Source of the DNA: Eubacteriales bacterium
GTDB taxonomy: Bacteria; Bacillota; Clostridia; Oscillospirales; CAG-272
Assembly: GCA_045588245.1 (NCBI GenBank)
Contig: JAZNDW010000012.1
Coordinates: 31,403-95,402 of the forward strand
Length of the DNA: 64,000 nucleotides
Reading direction: 5' to 3'
In this document: positions 19,462 to 28,907 of the stretch, piece by piece
Layout: each line of letters opens with the position of its first letter
How positions within the stretch are numbered: the stretch's first letter is position 1
Position numbers and translations under genes: made by a program
The notes under the pieces: generated by a model
The model's database searches: none
Told to the model about the DNA's origin: nothing
The model's input: the letters and a program-made list of their open reading frames with translations, nothing else

Positions 19462-21126
19462 TCAATCTGTAGTAGTTTTGCTGCCCCAGATGGAACGGTT
19501 GTTTGTACCGATGAGGGAGAATGTCATGCGTTCAGTATGCGTCTTCGATTCGTCGTACTGCTTGAAGAAGATGCCCTTATATGTTGCACCCTTGATAACC
19601 ATCGTTGCGTAGTAGCCGTTGCCGTCCTCGCCGGTTTCCTGCTTCCACGTGCCCGAAACGTCGCCGCTGATAGTGCCGTCGGCATTAAGAGTTACCTTAA
19701 GAGTATTGAGCATAGGTGTAAACGTTGTGTCAGCAGCAAGACCGTGATCGATGAATTCGTATTCGCCGACGATATCGTCAACGGAATAACCGTCAGCGGA
19801 GATCACGCTGCCCTGATGCTCGTAAACTGCGGTTACGGGCCAGCCATCCTGATTGAGGAACTGCTGATGTACGCGGACAGCGTGCCATTCGTTTCCGAGG
19901 TTAAAGCGCGTGTGATAAATGAGGTAGCGCTGTCCGTCGGTGTCGATGAAAGCGGAGTTGTGACCGGGAGACATATAACCGTCGCGGCTGTTGTCGCCAT
20001 TACCCTTGAGACTGTCGAATCTGTAGTTACCGAAAAGCTTGATGCCCTTTACAACCTGATTATCGCCGGACTTTGTGCAGATGGCTGTATTGCCCTTGGC
20101 ATCAACGTAAGGTCCGTTAACGTTTTCGGAGCGGAACAGACGAATGTGATAGCCCGAGAAGTTATCGGTTGCGTTAAGACCGCAATAGGACATATAGAGG
20201 TAATAATAGCCTGCCTGTTCGTCCCATACGATGTAAGAGCCTTCACCGGTGCAGCCGTAACCGCCGGAGATTCTATAGCCGAAGTATTCGTCGGCAACGT
20301 CCTTTTGAGTTTTATATGTATAGCTGTAATCGCGTAAGCCGCTTTCGTTATCAAGCTTCAGCATGAAAATGCCGCCAAACCAGGAGCCGTAAGACATCCA
20401 GAGATCGCCGTTTTCATCATAGAATACGCAAGGGTCGATCGCGTTGGGACCGACGGAGGAGTTCCATCTGCCGCCGTTTACAAAACGGGAGATATTAGTG
20501 CCGCCCGTAACGTCAACGTAGTCGGTTTCTTTTGCCTGTTTTGCATTAACAAAACCTGAATAAACGATCGTGCCTGCAAGCTCGTATCTGCCGTTGATCT
20601 TGTCGGCTGTCAATAAAACGATGGAGGAGTAGTAGTTGTCACCGTTGACGGACATGTACATGCACCATTTGCCCATCGCTTCGTTGTAAATTACGTCGGG
20701 AGCCCACATGTTGCCGGAAACGTCGTAGTTTTTATTACCGTATGAAGACCATTCGGCGTTATCGGCAAGGATCTGCTTGTAGTTGGTGTCAAGCGGCAGA
20801 GAAATTGTGCTCCATCTTGCAAGATTTGACGATTTAGCCCAGCCTCTGTGTGAACCGAAAATATAGTAATTTCCTGTCGTATGATCGTATACGATGCTCG
20901 GATCGTGAACGGTAACGTGTCCGACGCCAAGCTTTTTGTCACCGTATTTCAAAGGTTCAAATCCATCAGGATTTTCTTCGGTATCGGTACTTGTTTCGGT
21001 TTCGGAGCCGGATGCTGCTTCCGTCCCCGTTCCTTCGATCGGTTCTTTGCCGCTGTCGCAGGCAACGAAAAGACATGAAAGGGAAAGAAGAACGATAAGA
21101 AGAGAAGCTAAAAGTCGCTTATTCAT
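19462..21126 (-). CDS. glycoside hydrolase family 43 lipoprotein (arabinanase/arabinofuranosidase-like) with a C-terminal beta-sandwich domain
   Basis: Lipobox LSCLFVAC. GH43 blocks HDPSIVYD and MWAPDVIY, and later E-containing blocks. Confidence 0.8.
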   Translation of the reverse strand: MNKRLLASLLIVLLSLSCLFVACDSGKEPIEGTGTEAASGSETETSTDTEENPDGFEPLKYGDKKLGVGHVTVHDPSIVYDHTTGNYYIFGSHRGWAKSSNLARWSTISLPLDTNYKQILADNAEWSSYGNKNYDVSGNMWAPDVIYNEAMGKWCMYMSVNGDNYYSSIVLLTADKINGRYELAGTIVYSGFVNAKQAKETDYVDVTGGTNISRFVNGGRWNSSVGPNAIDPCVFYDENGDLWMSYGSWFGGIFMLKLDNESGLRDYSYTYKTQKDVADEYFGYRISGGYGCTGEGSYIVWDEQAGYYYLYMSYCGLNATDNFSGYHIRLFRSENVNGPYVDAKGNTAICTKSGDNQVVKGIKLFGNYRFDSLKGNGDNSRDGYMSPGHNSAFIDTDGQRYLIYHTRFNLGNEWHAVRVHQQFLNQDGWPVTAVYEHQGSVISADGYSVDDIVGEYEFIDHGLAADTTFTPMLNTLKVTLNADGTISGDVSGTWKQETGEDGNGYYATMVIKGATYKGIFFKQYDESKTHTERMTFSLIGTNNRSIWGSKTTTD

Positions 21127-21235
21127 ATTTTGTCTCCTTAAAAATGAATATTATTAAATAAAGTATATCACAATGTGCTTTGTATGTCAATTTGATGTAA
21201 AAATATTACATAAAAAACATTTAATAATGCCAATA

Positions 21236-21270
21236 TAATAAAACTGCCGATGCGCTTTTGGCATCGGCAG
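21236..21270 (-). terminator. rho-independent terminator of the MATE gene
   Basis: Minus strand reads CTGCCGATGC-caaaagc-GCATCGGCAG followed by TTTTATTAT. Confidence 0.8.
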
Positions 21271-21278
21271 AATATATT

Positions 21279-22706
21279 TTATTGTTTACCAATAGCTGTC
21301 ATCGCGTCATCGTCAAAATCTTCTTTGAGCTTCGGCAGCTTTTTTCGCCAACCGCCGACGGCGAACATGACGACTGTAATTATCATACCGACAACCCACG
21401 AAATAAGCAGGGAGATCGGGAGTGCTCTGTAGTCACCTGTGGGTAAGTCGGGTGTTTTTGTGAAGTGCGCGATCAGGTATGCAACGGGCACACGAAGAAG
21501 TACCGTCGTGATAAGCGAGATCCACATGGGCGTCATCGTGTCGCCGGCGCCGCGCATAACGCCCGAAAGTGACTGTGTCACTCCCATGGCGAGGTAACCT
21601 GCGGCAAGGATAAATATCATTCCTTCACTGATCTTTATAAGCTCTTCCGTATCGGTGAACATACCCATAAGCTGATCGGCAAAGATGAAAATAAGAATGA
21701 GGAAAAATGCGGAAACACCGACAGCCATAAGAGTACCCTGAACGGCGCCTTTTTTGATTCTGTCGAATTTTCTCGCGCCGACGTTTTGTCCTGTGTACAT
21801 CGTCATCGCCTGACCGAACGTAAAGTTCGGCATCATTGCAAAGCCGTCAACTCGCATAACGATAACGTTTGCGGCGATGATCATTTCGGGGAAGCTGTTT
21901 GTAAGACGCTGGACGACGAGCATAGCCATAGAGAAGATGACCTGTGTTAAACCGGATGGGACACCGAGCTTGATAACGTTACCCGTGATCTGTCCGTTGA
22001 AGCGGAAACGCTTAGGTGAAAGATCAAAGGTTATCTTCATTCTTGTAAGCTTTATGTAGCAAAGGATTCCCGAGATAAGCTGGGAGATAACGGTTGCGAG
22101 CGCAACACCGCCAACCTCCATGCCGAAGCCTGCCACGAACCAGATGTCAAGCACAATGTTGAGTCCCGCGGCGATCAGAAGGAACATAAGAGCTGAAACG
22201 GAGTCGCCGAGTCCGCGAAGGACACCGGAAAGCGTGTTATAAAAGAAAGTTCCGGCGATACCGACAAAAGCGATGATGAGGTATTCTTCGCACCAGTCAA
22301 TAAGGAGCGGGGAAGTGTTAAGCAGCTCAAGCATCGGTCTTGTAATGATCGGGCCGATGACCATGATTATTACGGAAGCGACGGCGGAAAGGGTGATGCA
22401 GTTGCCAATCGTATCGGAAAGTCTTTCGCGATCACGAGCACCGAAAAACTGCGCAACAAGGATACCGACACCGGTAGAAACACCGATGAGAAGCGCCAGT
22501 AAAAGATTCAGAATGGGACCGGCGGCGCCGACGGCGGCAAGTGCGTTGTCACCGACGTATTTACCGACGATGATCGAGTCGGCTGTGTTGTAAAGTTGCT
22601 GAGCTATGTTACCGATAAGCATCGGTATGGAAAATTCCGCGATACGCAGCCAAGGCGATCCGACAGACATATCTTTAGGTGCAAAAAAGGCTTTCAGTGA
22701 TTGCAT
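21279..22706 (-). CDS. MATE-family efflux transporter
   Basis: 12-TM protein. The N-terminus MQSLKAFFAPKDMSVGSPWLRIAEFSIPMLIGNIAQQLYNTADSIIVGKYVG is classic MATE. I chose the ATG at 22706 because SD AGGAGA lies 8 nt upstream; the track ORF extends to 22799. Confidence 0.85.
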   Translation of the reverse strand: MQSLKAFFAPKDMSVGSPWLRIAEFSIPMLIGNIAQQLYNTADSIIVGKYVGDNALAAVGAAGPILNLLLALLIGVSTGVGILVAQFFGARDRERLSDTIGNCITLSAVASVIIMVIGPIITRPMLELLNTSPLLIDWCEEYLIIAFVGIAGTFFYNTLSGVLRGLGDSVSALMFLLIAAGLNIVLDIWFVAGFGMEVGGVALATVISQLISGILCYIKLTRMKITFDLSPKRFRFNGQITGNVIKLGVPSGLTQVIFSMAMLVVQRLTNSFPEMIIAANVIVMRVDGFAMMPNFTFGQAMTMYTGQNVGARKFDRIKKGAVQGTLMAVGVSAFFLILIFIFADQLMGMFTDTEELIKISEGMIFILAAGYLAMGVTQSLSGVMRGAGDTMTPMWISLITTVLLRVPVAYLIAHFTKTPDLPTGDYRALPISLLISWVVGMIITVVMFAVGGWRKKLPKLKEDFDDDAMTAIGKQ

Positions 22707-22813
22707 GAAACGTATTTCTCCTAAAAATTTGATTGCGATTATAAACGATTTTTGATAACATAATAATTGCGTTGACCGAAAACAACGTCGTTCGGACAAC
22801 GCACATTACATTT

Positions 22814-22842
22814 ATTTTATCACGGACACGGTTTTGTGTCAA
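22814..22842 (-). promoter_or_regulatory. sigma-A-type promoter for the MATE gene
   Basis: Minus strand reads TTGACA-17 nt-TAAAAT. Confidence 0.55.
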
Positions 22843-23097
22843 GATGCTCAGAATATATAATATTATAAATAAAAAATGACTACATATTAAATTATTAATA
22901 AAATATACATGAATTGATGCGATGTGTTGTGATAAAATATATAGGAATTTTCTCTTAACCGTGAAATGTAATAGCGTGAAAGTAAAGCCGCACTATTCCA
23001 AAGTGCGCCGTTTCACGCCAAAAATCCTCGCAAAAGCGCTGCTTTAAGGATTTCGATATTTATTTGTGCTGCCATTGGCGGCGGAATGGAGATTATT

Positions 23098-25137
23098 ATG
23101 AAAAAGCATAATACAGTCGGCAAGGAGACTAAACGTTATTTGATACGCTCTTTGCCGCTCTTGATCCCCGTTATCGTGCAAATGACGGCTATTATTATGT
23201 CAAATGAACCTGTAGATGCGACAGAGTACGATACGCTCTGGCGTGTGCTTTCTTTTGCGACATTGGCGGTATCAACCGCACTTATTTTTATAAAAACAGA
23301 CAGATTCAAAATCATTCCGTGGGTGATATTTGCGATAGCCCCCGCACTTTGCTGTATCTTGCTTGAAAGCCTGATCAGAAATCCTTTTTCCGAAATGAAA
23401 CCGAAGGTCATTTTATTGAATATCGCGTTTTTCTATCTTGTGTCGCTGTTTTTCCTGTTTGTGACGAGAAGAACGTGGCCCGGAGTTCTGTTTTCTTCCT
23501 TGTTTGGCTTTGTTTCGGGAATGACGGAGCATTACGTTCTTACATTCAGAAACGTACCGCTTTTCCCATGGGATCTTAAAAGCGTAGGCACAGCCGCAAC
23601 TATAGTTGATAACTATGATTTTTCGTTTACATACGCGATCGCTGCTTCAATTTGCGCGCTGATGTTGATTCTCATTCTCGGATTCAAATTCAAATCGAAG
23701 ATAAGCTTTGATTTTGACAGCATTAAAGAGAATTTCCGCAAGCAAACGGGTATTTTCGTTCGCGTTGTGGCTTGTCTGCTTGTTTTAGTTATACTCGGCG
23801 GATACGTTTATTATCTGAATCTTGACAGATCGTATACCGACTTCGGTATGTATCCGTATCTGTTCACGCCGAAGGTCGTTTATTCACGTAACGGATTCAC
23901 CGTGGCGTTCCTTTCAATGCTTCGTTATTTGAACGTGTCAAAACCCGACGGCTATTCCGACGAACAGCTTGAAGCCCTAAAAGCGATCAGTGATACATAC
24001 GCTAAAGAGCAAAACGAAGATATAAATTCCGACGCAGAAAAGCCGAATATCATCGTTATAATGAACGAAGCTTTTTCGGACCTGTCTGTACTTACGGGAA
24101 CAGAGCTTGAAACGAACGTTCCGTATATGCCGTTTCTTGATTCGCTCGAAGAAAACACCGTAAAAGGGAATCTACACGTTTCGGTTCTCGGCGGTAATAC
24201 GGCTAATACTGAGTTTGAGTTTTTAACCGGCTTAAGTATGGCGTATTTACCTACGGGTTCGATTCCGTATCAGCAGTACATCGATGGTGAGCTGCCGTCG
24301 CTCGCTTCGCAGCTCAAAGATCTCGGATACGACACCCTTGCACTTCACCCATATAATTCGACCGGTTGGGACAGAAACACCGTTTACCCGTGGATGGGAT
24401 TTGATAAGTCTATCTTCCGCACCGCGCTGAAAAACGCAACGATTCTGCGCCAGTACGTTACGGACATTTCCGTTTACAGATACATTATCAATGAATTCGG
24501 CAAAAAAGATGACGATCCCATGTTCGTTTTCAACGTCACGATGCAAAATCACGGCAGTTATACCAAAACGTACGAAAACTTCAATTATCAATCCGTCACC
24601 GTCAAGGGACTTGAAAATGACGTTAAGCTTTCAACGTATCTTTCATTGATAAGAGAATCCGACGATGCGATAAAATATCTTATCTCATATTTTGAACATT
24701 ACGACGAGCCGACGATCATCATGATGTTCGGAGATCATCAGCCGGCGGCGACCGTGTCAAGTAAACTGCTGAAAAAATACGGAGTCAAGCTTAACGAAGA
24801 AGATATAAACGACGTTGAAAAGCGTTATATCGTGCCGTTTTACATCTGGGCGAACTATGATATAGAAGAGGCGGAACACGACGCTGTCAGCGTGAACTAT
24901 CTTTCAACCTTGCTTGTTGACGTTGCGGGAATCGAAAAAACGGACGCGCAGGCGTATTTGTATGAGCTTATGCGTGAATATCCTGTAATCACGGCTAACG
25001 TCGTAATGGACAAGCAGGGAGAGCTTTATCCTGCCGACTCGCTTAAAACACTCGGTATGCTTAACGATTACGGAATACTTCAGTACAGCTATCTGTTTGA
25101 CGGAGATGAAGAAAATATTTTCTCATACGATGAATGA
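23098..25137 (+). CDS. LTA-synthase-family (sulfatase-fold phosphoglycerol/phosphoethanolamine transferase-like) membrane protein
   Basis: N-terminal multi-TM region, then an extracellular sulfatase domain (NIIVIMNEAFSD, GGNTANTEFEFLTG, FGDHQP). I chose the ATG at 23098, with SD GGAGA 5 nt upstream. Confidence 0.8.
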   Translation: MKKHNTVGKETKRYLIRSLPLLIPVIVQMTAIIMSNEPVDATEYDTLWRVLSFATLAVSTALIFIKTDRFKIIPWVIFAIAPALCCILLESLIRNPFSEMKPKVILLNIAFFYLVSLFFLFVTRRTWPGVLFSSLFGFVSGMTEHYVLTFRNVPLFPWDLKSVGTAATIVDNYDFSFTYAIAASICALMLILILGFKFKSKISFDFDSIKENFRKQTGIFVRVVACLLVLVILGGYVYYLNLDRSYTDFGMYPYLFTPKVVYSRNGFTVAFLSMLRYLNVSKPDGYSDEQLEALKAISDTYAKEQNEDINSDAEKPNIIVIMNEAFSDLSVLTGTELETNVPYMPFLDSLEENTVKGNLHVSVLGGNTANTEFEFLTGLSMAYLPTGSIPYQQYIDGELPSLASQLKDLGYDTLALHPYNSTGWDRNTVYPWMGFDKSIFRTALKNATILRQYVTDISVYRYIINEFGKKDDDPMFVFNVTMQNHGSYTKTYENFNYQSVTVKGLENDVKLSTYLSLIRESDDAIKYLISYFEHYDEPTIIMMFGDHQPAATVSSKLLKKYGVKLNEEDINDVEKRYIVPFYIWANYDIEEAEHDAVSVNYLSTLLVDVAGIEKTDAQAYLYELMREYPVITANVVMDKQGELYPADSLKTLGMLNDYGILQYSYLFDGDEENIFSYDE

Positions 25138-25171
25138 CAGAATAATATAATAACGACAGCGAGGTTATGTT

Positions 25172-26362
25172 ATGACAAAAAATAAAAAGAAGAAATCTAT
25201 AGTAAAGTGCAGACATCTTGTCATATTCGCACTTTTGAAGAAGCTCGCAGGTCTTTGGGTAAGAATAGTTTACAGATTCCGTGCACAAAAGTACGGACGT
25301 CTGCCGTCCCCTTGCTTTATTGTTGCAAACCACGTCACAGACTGCGATATGATAATGGTACCTCAGAGTTTCAGCGGTATATCGCATATGTTTTTCGTCA
25401 CGGGCGAGCACGCACTTCGTGCAGGCTTTGCTTCACGCTTGCTTGAATATTTTTTTCACCCGATAGCACGTTTCAAAGGAACGACGGCGACGTCGACCGT
25501 GCTTGAAATGATGCGTCGCGCCCGTGCGGGCGCATCCGTTGCGCTTTTTCCCGAAGGAGCACGCAGCTTTTCGGGCGAAACGGGCGTTATACTGCCCGCA
25601 ACGGGCGGACTTGCGCGCAAAATTGGTGTCCCTCTCGTTACATACCGCATCGAAGGCGGATATCTTACGGCACCGCGTTGGTCTGACGAGATCCGTAAAG
25701 GCAAAATGACAGGACGTGTCGTTGCCGTTTATCAACCCGAAGAGCTGAAGAAAATGACAGACGAGGAAGTGCAGGCGATAATCGAACGCGATCTTTATGA
25801 AAATGCATTTGAGCGTCAGCGCGGATACGAAAATATGATCCGATATAAGTCAAAGGCAACAGCCGTCGGCATCGAGCGTGCCGCAGTCGTTTGCCCAAAG
25901 TGTCACGGAATCGGTACAGTACACGGCGAAGGTAATTACGTCAAGTGTGCGTGCGGACTGTGCGCGGTGCTTGACGAATACGGATTTTTCCATGGGGACA
26001 TGCCGTTTGAAACGATGGCGGAATGGTTCAATTGGCAAAAGGGCATGATTGAAGCTTTGCCCGATTACGAAACGGAAACGGAGCTTTGCCGAAACCGTGA
26101 TCTATCCTTGAACACCATCGACCGCGATCACAACAAGTGTGTCGTTTCGACGGGTGACTTGATACTTACGACCGAAAAGCTTTCGGTCGGTGATAAGTCC
26201 GTGATGCTCACCGACATAATAACGATCGATATGTACCGCCACGGCTATCTGCTTTTCGTGACGAGGGACGGAGATTATTACGAGATCCGCGGCAACGGAA
26301 GCTATGAAGGATACAAATATTATTTGCTGATCGAAAGATACAGGAATCATAAATTGCAATAA
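25172..26362 (+). CDS. PlsC-like lysophospholipid acyltransferase fused to an uncharacterised Cys-rich C-terminal domain
   Basis: HX4D motif (NHVTDCD) and FPEGARS block in the first ~200 aa. The C-terminal ~190 aa carries CPKCHG...CACGLC. Confidence 0.7.
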   Translation: MTKNKKKKSIVKCRHLVIFALLKKLAGLWVRIVYRFRAQKYGRLPSPCFIVANHVTDCDMIMVPQSFSGISHMFFVTGEHALRAGFASRLLEYFFHPIARFKGTTATSTVLEMMRRARAGASVALFPEGARSFSGETGVILPATGGLARKIGVPLVTYRIEGGYLTAPRWSDEIRKGKMTGRVVAVYQPEELKKMTDEEVQAIIERDLYENAFERQRGYENMIRYKSKATAVGIERAAVVCPKCHGIGTVHGEGNYVKCACGLCAVLDEYGFFHGDMPFETMAEWFNWQKGMIEALPDYETETELCRNRDLSLNTIDRDHNKCVVSTGDLILTTEKLSVGDKSVMLTDIITIDMYRHGYLLFVTRDGDYYEIRGNGSYEGYKYYLLIERYRNHKLQ

Positions 26363-26424
26363 GTATTGTATTATTTATATAAATATGATATTATTTTGTT
26401 GTAAAACAAAAATGGAGTTTAATT

Positions 26425-28233
26425 ATGACACGCAAGTTCACAGCTCTGGCGGCAGTGATTTTCGTTTTAGCCGCCGTTATATCAATTATACCCTTAAGTG
26501 TAGCCGCCGACGCACCTACCGATTCGGATGTTAAGGAATATTTTAATGACGCAGGCGTTGCTACCGTTATAACGAATAAATACTTTAGCGCAGGAACGAC
26601 GCCTACCGAATCGTTTATTTACGAGTATCTTTTTGCTTGCGGTGCACTTGAACCGTACTATCACGAGGGAGAAAATTATTTGTCCGTTTATGATCTTTCG
26701 TATACGGAATATATGCAGCTTGTTGCCGACAATATTCAAAATTACGTCGAAATGAAGGATTACCTTGCGGGTAACGGTGAATATGACGAAGCAACTGACA
26801 GCGTACATATCGTGCGCGGCGGATTTGGTGACGCGTGGTGTTGGAAAGTCACAAACATCGTTAAAAACGGTGACACGTACATAGCAGAGGGCGTTTTCCT
26901 TTGCGGCACGCCCGATGAGATCACGACTGATATGCGTTACGGTTACGATTATTGGACTACTTCATACGGAAGCTTCAGCCCCATTGATTCCTGCATCAGA
27001 ATGACGCTCAAGTATACGGGCGGCAAAACGAAGATCGTTGGTTACGAAAAGATTGACTATTATTATAATACAGAAGATTATTGCATTTACTCCAAGGATG
27101 GCGGTGACAGTCTTACTAACAGATACAGAGCCGTTAACGTCCAAACTGACAGGAACTGCACGGTAACGCTGACGGACGGCACCGTAAGATTTGCCAACTC
27201 AGATTATGCGTGGCTTATAGCAGGAGACGCCTCTGTCACCTTTAAGGTTGACGTGAAGGATGGCTATGAACTGTTGCCGGACGGTATTACCGTAACCGAT
27301 GAAACGGGAGAGCTGAACGTGATTCCCGCAGGACCGGAATCGTACACTGTGACGTCAACGACGGGTGCCGTAGTGATCAAAGTCGAGGTCGGCGAGATCG
27401 AAACGGAAACAACGGAACCCGAGGAAACAACGGAACCTGAGGAATCAACGGAACCTGAGGAATCAACGACCCCCGAGGTAACGACTGAACCGGAGGAATC
27501 GACGACTCCCGAGGAGTCGACAACTCCCGAGGAATCGACGACTCCCGAGGAATCGACGACACCCGAGGAATCGACAACACCCGAGGAATCGACGGAACCG
27601 GAAGAATCGACGACCGTTGATTCCGAAACGGGAAACGAGAATACTCCCCCCGAGATCAATGATAATTACATACTGTTTGCCGAAACAACAAGCGGTATCG
27701 TTGTAAATCTTAACGCAAGTGATCCTTCGCAGTTTGAAGGTGCAGAGCTTACAGTTTCCGAGATCACAGGTGACGCCAAGAACGAGCTTATCGAAATGAT
27801 CGATGAAGCAATCGGCAAGACGGATGCCATTATCTACGATCTTTCTTTTGTCAAAGATAACGCAACCGTTATGGATGCAGACGGCATCATGCTCGTTACG
27901 GTGCCCGTGCCGAGCGGATGGTCTGCCGAAGAAGTTAAGATCTATTATTTGGACATTAACAGCGGAAGAATCGTTGATATGAACGGCACTGTCAGCGAAG
28001 ACGGAAGCAGTATAACGTTCGTAACGAATCACTTCAGCTATTATGCCGTCGCAAAGCCTGCCGATACGAGCGGCTTTGTAAAGATCGGCGTGATCCTTCT
28101 TTCCGTTGCAGGTGCGATCGTCGTTATCGCGGCGGGCATCGTTGTCGGATGGATCATTTATCAGAAAAAGTTCAAAAACCATAACACTGCTCCGAAAAAA
28201 GCGGTTCAAAACGAGAATAACATCAAGCACTGA
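26425..28233 (+). CDS. type-I membrane-anchored surface protein with a T(E/T)PEES repeat stalk
   Basis: Signal peptide (AAVIFVLAAVISIIPLSVAADA), an 11x6-aa acidic Thr/Pro repeat, and a C-terminal TM (IGVILLSVAGAIVVIAAGIVVGWII) with a basic tail. No LPXTG motif. Confidence 0.6.
   Translation: MTRKFTALAAVIFVLAAVISIIPLSVAADAPTDSDVKEYFNDAGVATVITNKYFSAGTTPTESFIYEYLFACGALEPYYHEGENYLSVYDLSYTEYMQLVADNIQNYVEMKDYLAGNGEYDEATDSVHIVRGGFGDAWCWKVTNIVKNGDTYIAEGVFLCGTPDEITTDMRYGYDYWTTSYGSFSPIDSCIRMTLKYTGGKTKIVGYEKIDYYYNTEDYCIYSKDGGDSLTNRYRAVNVQTDRNCTVTLTDGTVRFANSDYAWLIAGDASVTFKVDVKDGYELLPDGITVTDETGELNVIPAGPESYTVTSTTGAVVIKVEVGEIETETTEPEETTEPEESTEPEESTTPEVTTEPEESTTPEESTTPEESTTPEESTTPEESTTPEESTEPEESTTVDSETGNENTPPEINDNYILFAETTSGIVVNLNASDPSQFEGAELTVSEITGDAKNELIEMIDEAIGKTDAIIYDLSFVKDNATVMDADGIMLVTVPVPSGWSAEEVKIYYLDINSGRIVDMNGTVSEDGSSITFVTNHFSYYAVAKPADTSGFVKIGVILLSVAGAIVVIAAGIVVGWIIYQKKFKNHNTAPKKAVQNENNIKH
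27412..27609 (+). repeat. 11 tandem in-frame 18-bp units encoding T(E/T)PEE(S/T)
   Basis: Units read directly, e.g. ACGGAACCTGAGGAATCA and ACGACTCCCGAGGAATCG. The copies differ mostly at synonymous positions or by Glu/Thr exchange. Confidence 0.95.
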
Positions 28234-28245
28234 ATAAGTAAAAAA

Positions 28246-28273
28246 TGAAGCGTCTTACGGCGCTTCTTTTTTT
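28246..28273 (+). terminator. rho-independent terminator after the surface-protein gene
   Basis: GAAGCG-tcttacgg-CGCTTC followed by TTTTTTTT. Confidence 0.65.
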
Positions 28274-28346
28274 ATAAAATATATGTGACCATAAGGTGAA
28301 AAAATGGTACTATATAGGTGAAGACAAAATAAAAGGGAGGTACGAC

Positions 28347-28907
28347 ATGGAAGACGGTAAAATAATTTCGCTTTTTTGGGCGCGCGACGAGCGTGCCATA
28401 GACGAAACAAAGTCAAAATACGGCGCGTACTGCCGTGCTATAGCATATAATATTCTGTCTTCGACCGAGGATGCGGAGGAATGTGAAAACGATACGTACA
28501 TCGCCGCATGGGGAGCGATACCGCCCGAACGCCCGATGATGCTGCGTGCGTTTTTAGGCAAGATAACGCGCAACATCGCCTTAAAAAAGCATAGAGAAAA
28601 GCGCGCATCAAAGCGCGGCGGCGGAACCGTTACCGTATCTTTGGGTGAGCTTGAGGCGTGTCTGCCCGACTCGGGCGCTTTTTCTGATTCGCTGACGGAG
28701 TCGGAGCTTGGCGGGCTGATAGATTCTTTTTTACGGACACTGTCCGACGCGGAACGCCGCGTCTTCGTGTGCCGATATTGGTATTGCGACTCGATTGCCG
28801 AGATCGCCAAGCGCTTCGGTTACGGGCAGAGTAAAGTGAAGATGATGCTTTCCAGAACGAGAGGGAAGCTTAAAGAATATTTAGAGGAGGAAGGAGCTTT
28901 TATATGA
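28347..28907 (+). CDS. ECF-type sigma-70 family RNA polymerase sigma factor
   Basis: Region-2-like (YCRAIAYNILSSTEDAEECENDTYIAAW) and region-4 HTH (RRVFVCRYWYCDSIAEIAKRFGYGQSKVKMMLSRTRGKL). I chose the ATG at 28347, with SD AAGGGAGG upstream. Confidence 0.8.
   Translation: MEDGKIISLFWARDERAIDETKSKYGAYCRAIAYNILSSTEDAEECENDTYIAAWGAIPPERPMMLRAFLGKITRNIALKKHREKRASKRGGGTVTVSLGELEACLPDSGAFSDSLTESELGGLIDSFLRTLSDAERRVFVCRYWYCDSIAEIAKRFGYGQSKVKMMLSRTRGKLKEYLEEEGAFI

Noticed and set aside
22769-22802. ykkC/guanidine-type riboswitch in the MATE leader
   Set aside because: The leader holds only a single 12-bp 5'-proximal hairpin (GCGTTGTCCGAA...TTCGGTCAACGC). None of the ykkC conserved segments are present, so it is more likely a 5' stabiliser.
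23086-23097. Upstream alternative start codons offered by the ORF track (23086, 15597, 22799, 28296, 42265, 50519, 56499, 62345, 43934, 35855)
   Set aside because: In each case an internal ATG or GTG has a proper SD, avoids overlap with the preceding gene or promoter, and matches the family N-terminus. The shorter coordinates were reported.
27412-27609. Possible CRISPR-like array
   Set aside because: The units are 18 bp, contiguous without spacers, in frame and coding for T(E/T)PEES. No cas genes are present.
27264-28230. 131-aa and 255-aa minus-strand ORFs across the surface-protein gene
   Set aside because: They are generated by the 18-bp tandem repeat and its flanks (poly-SSGVVD and RRFLG translations). 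The sense-strand gene has a signal peptide, a TM anchor and an SD.
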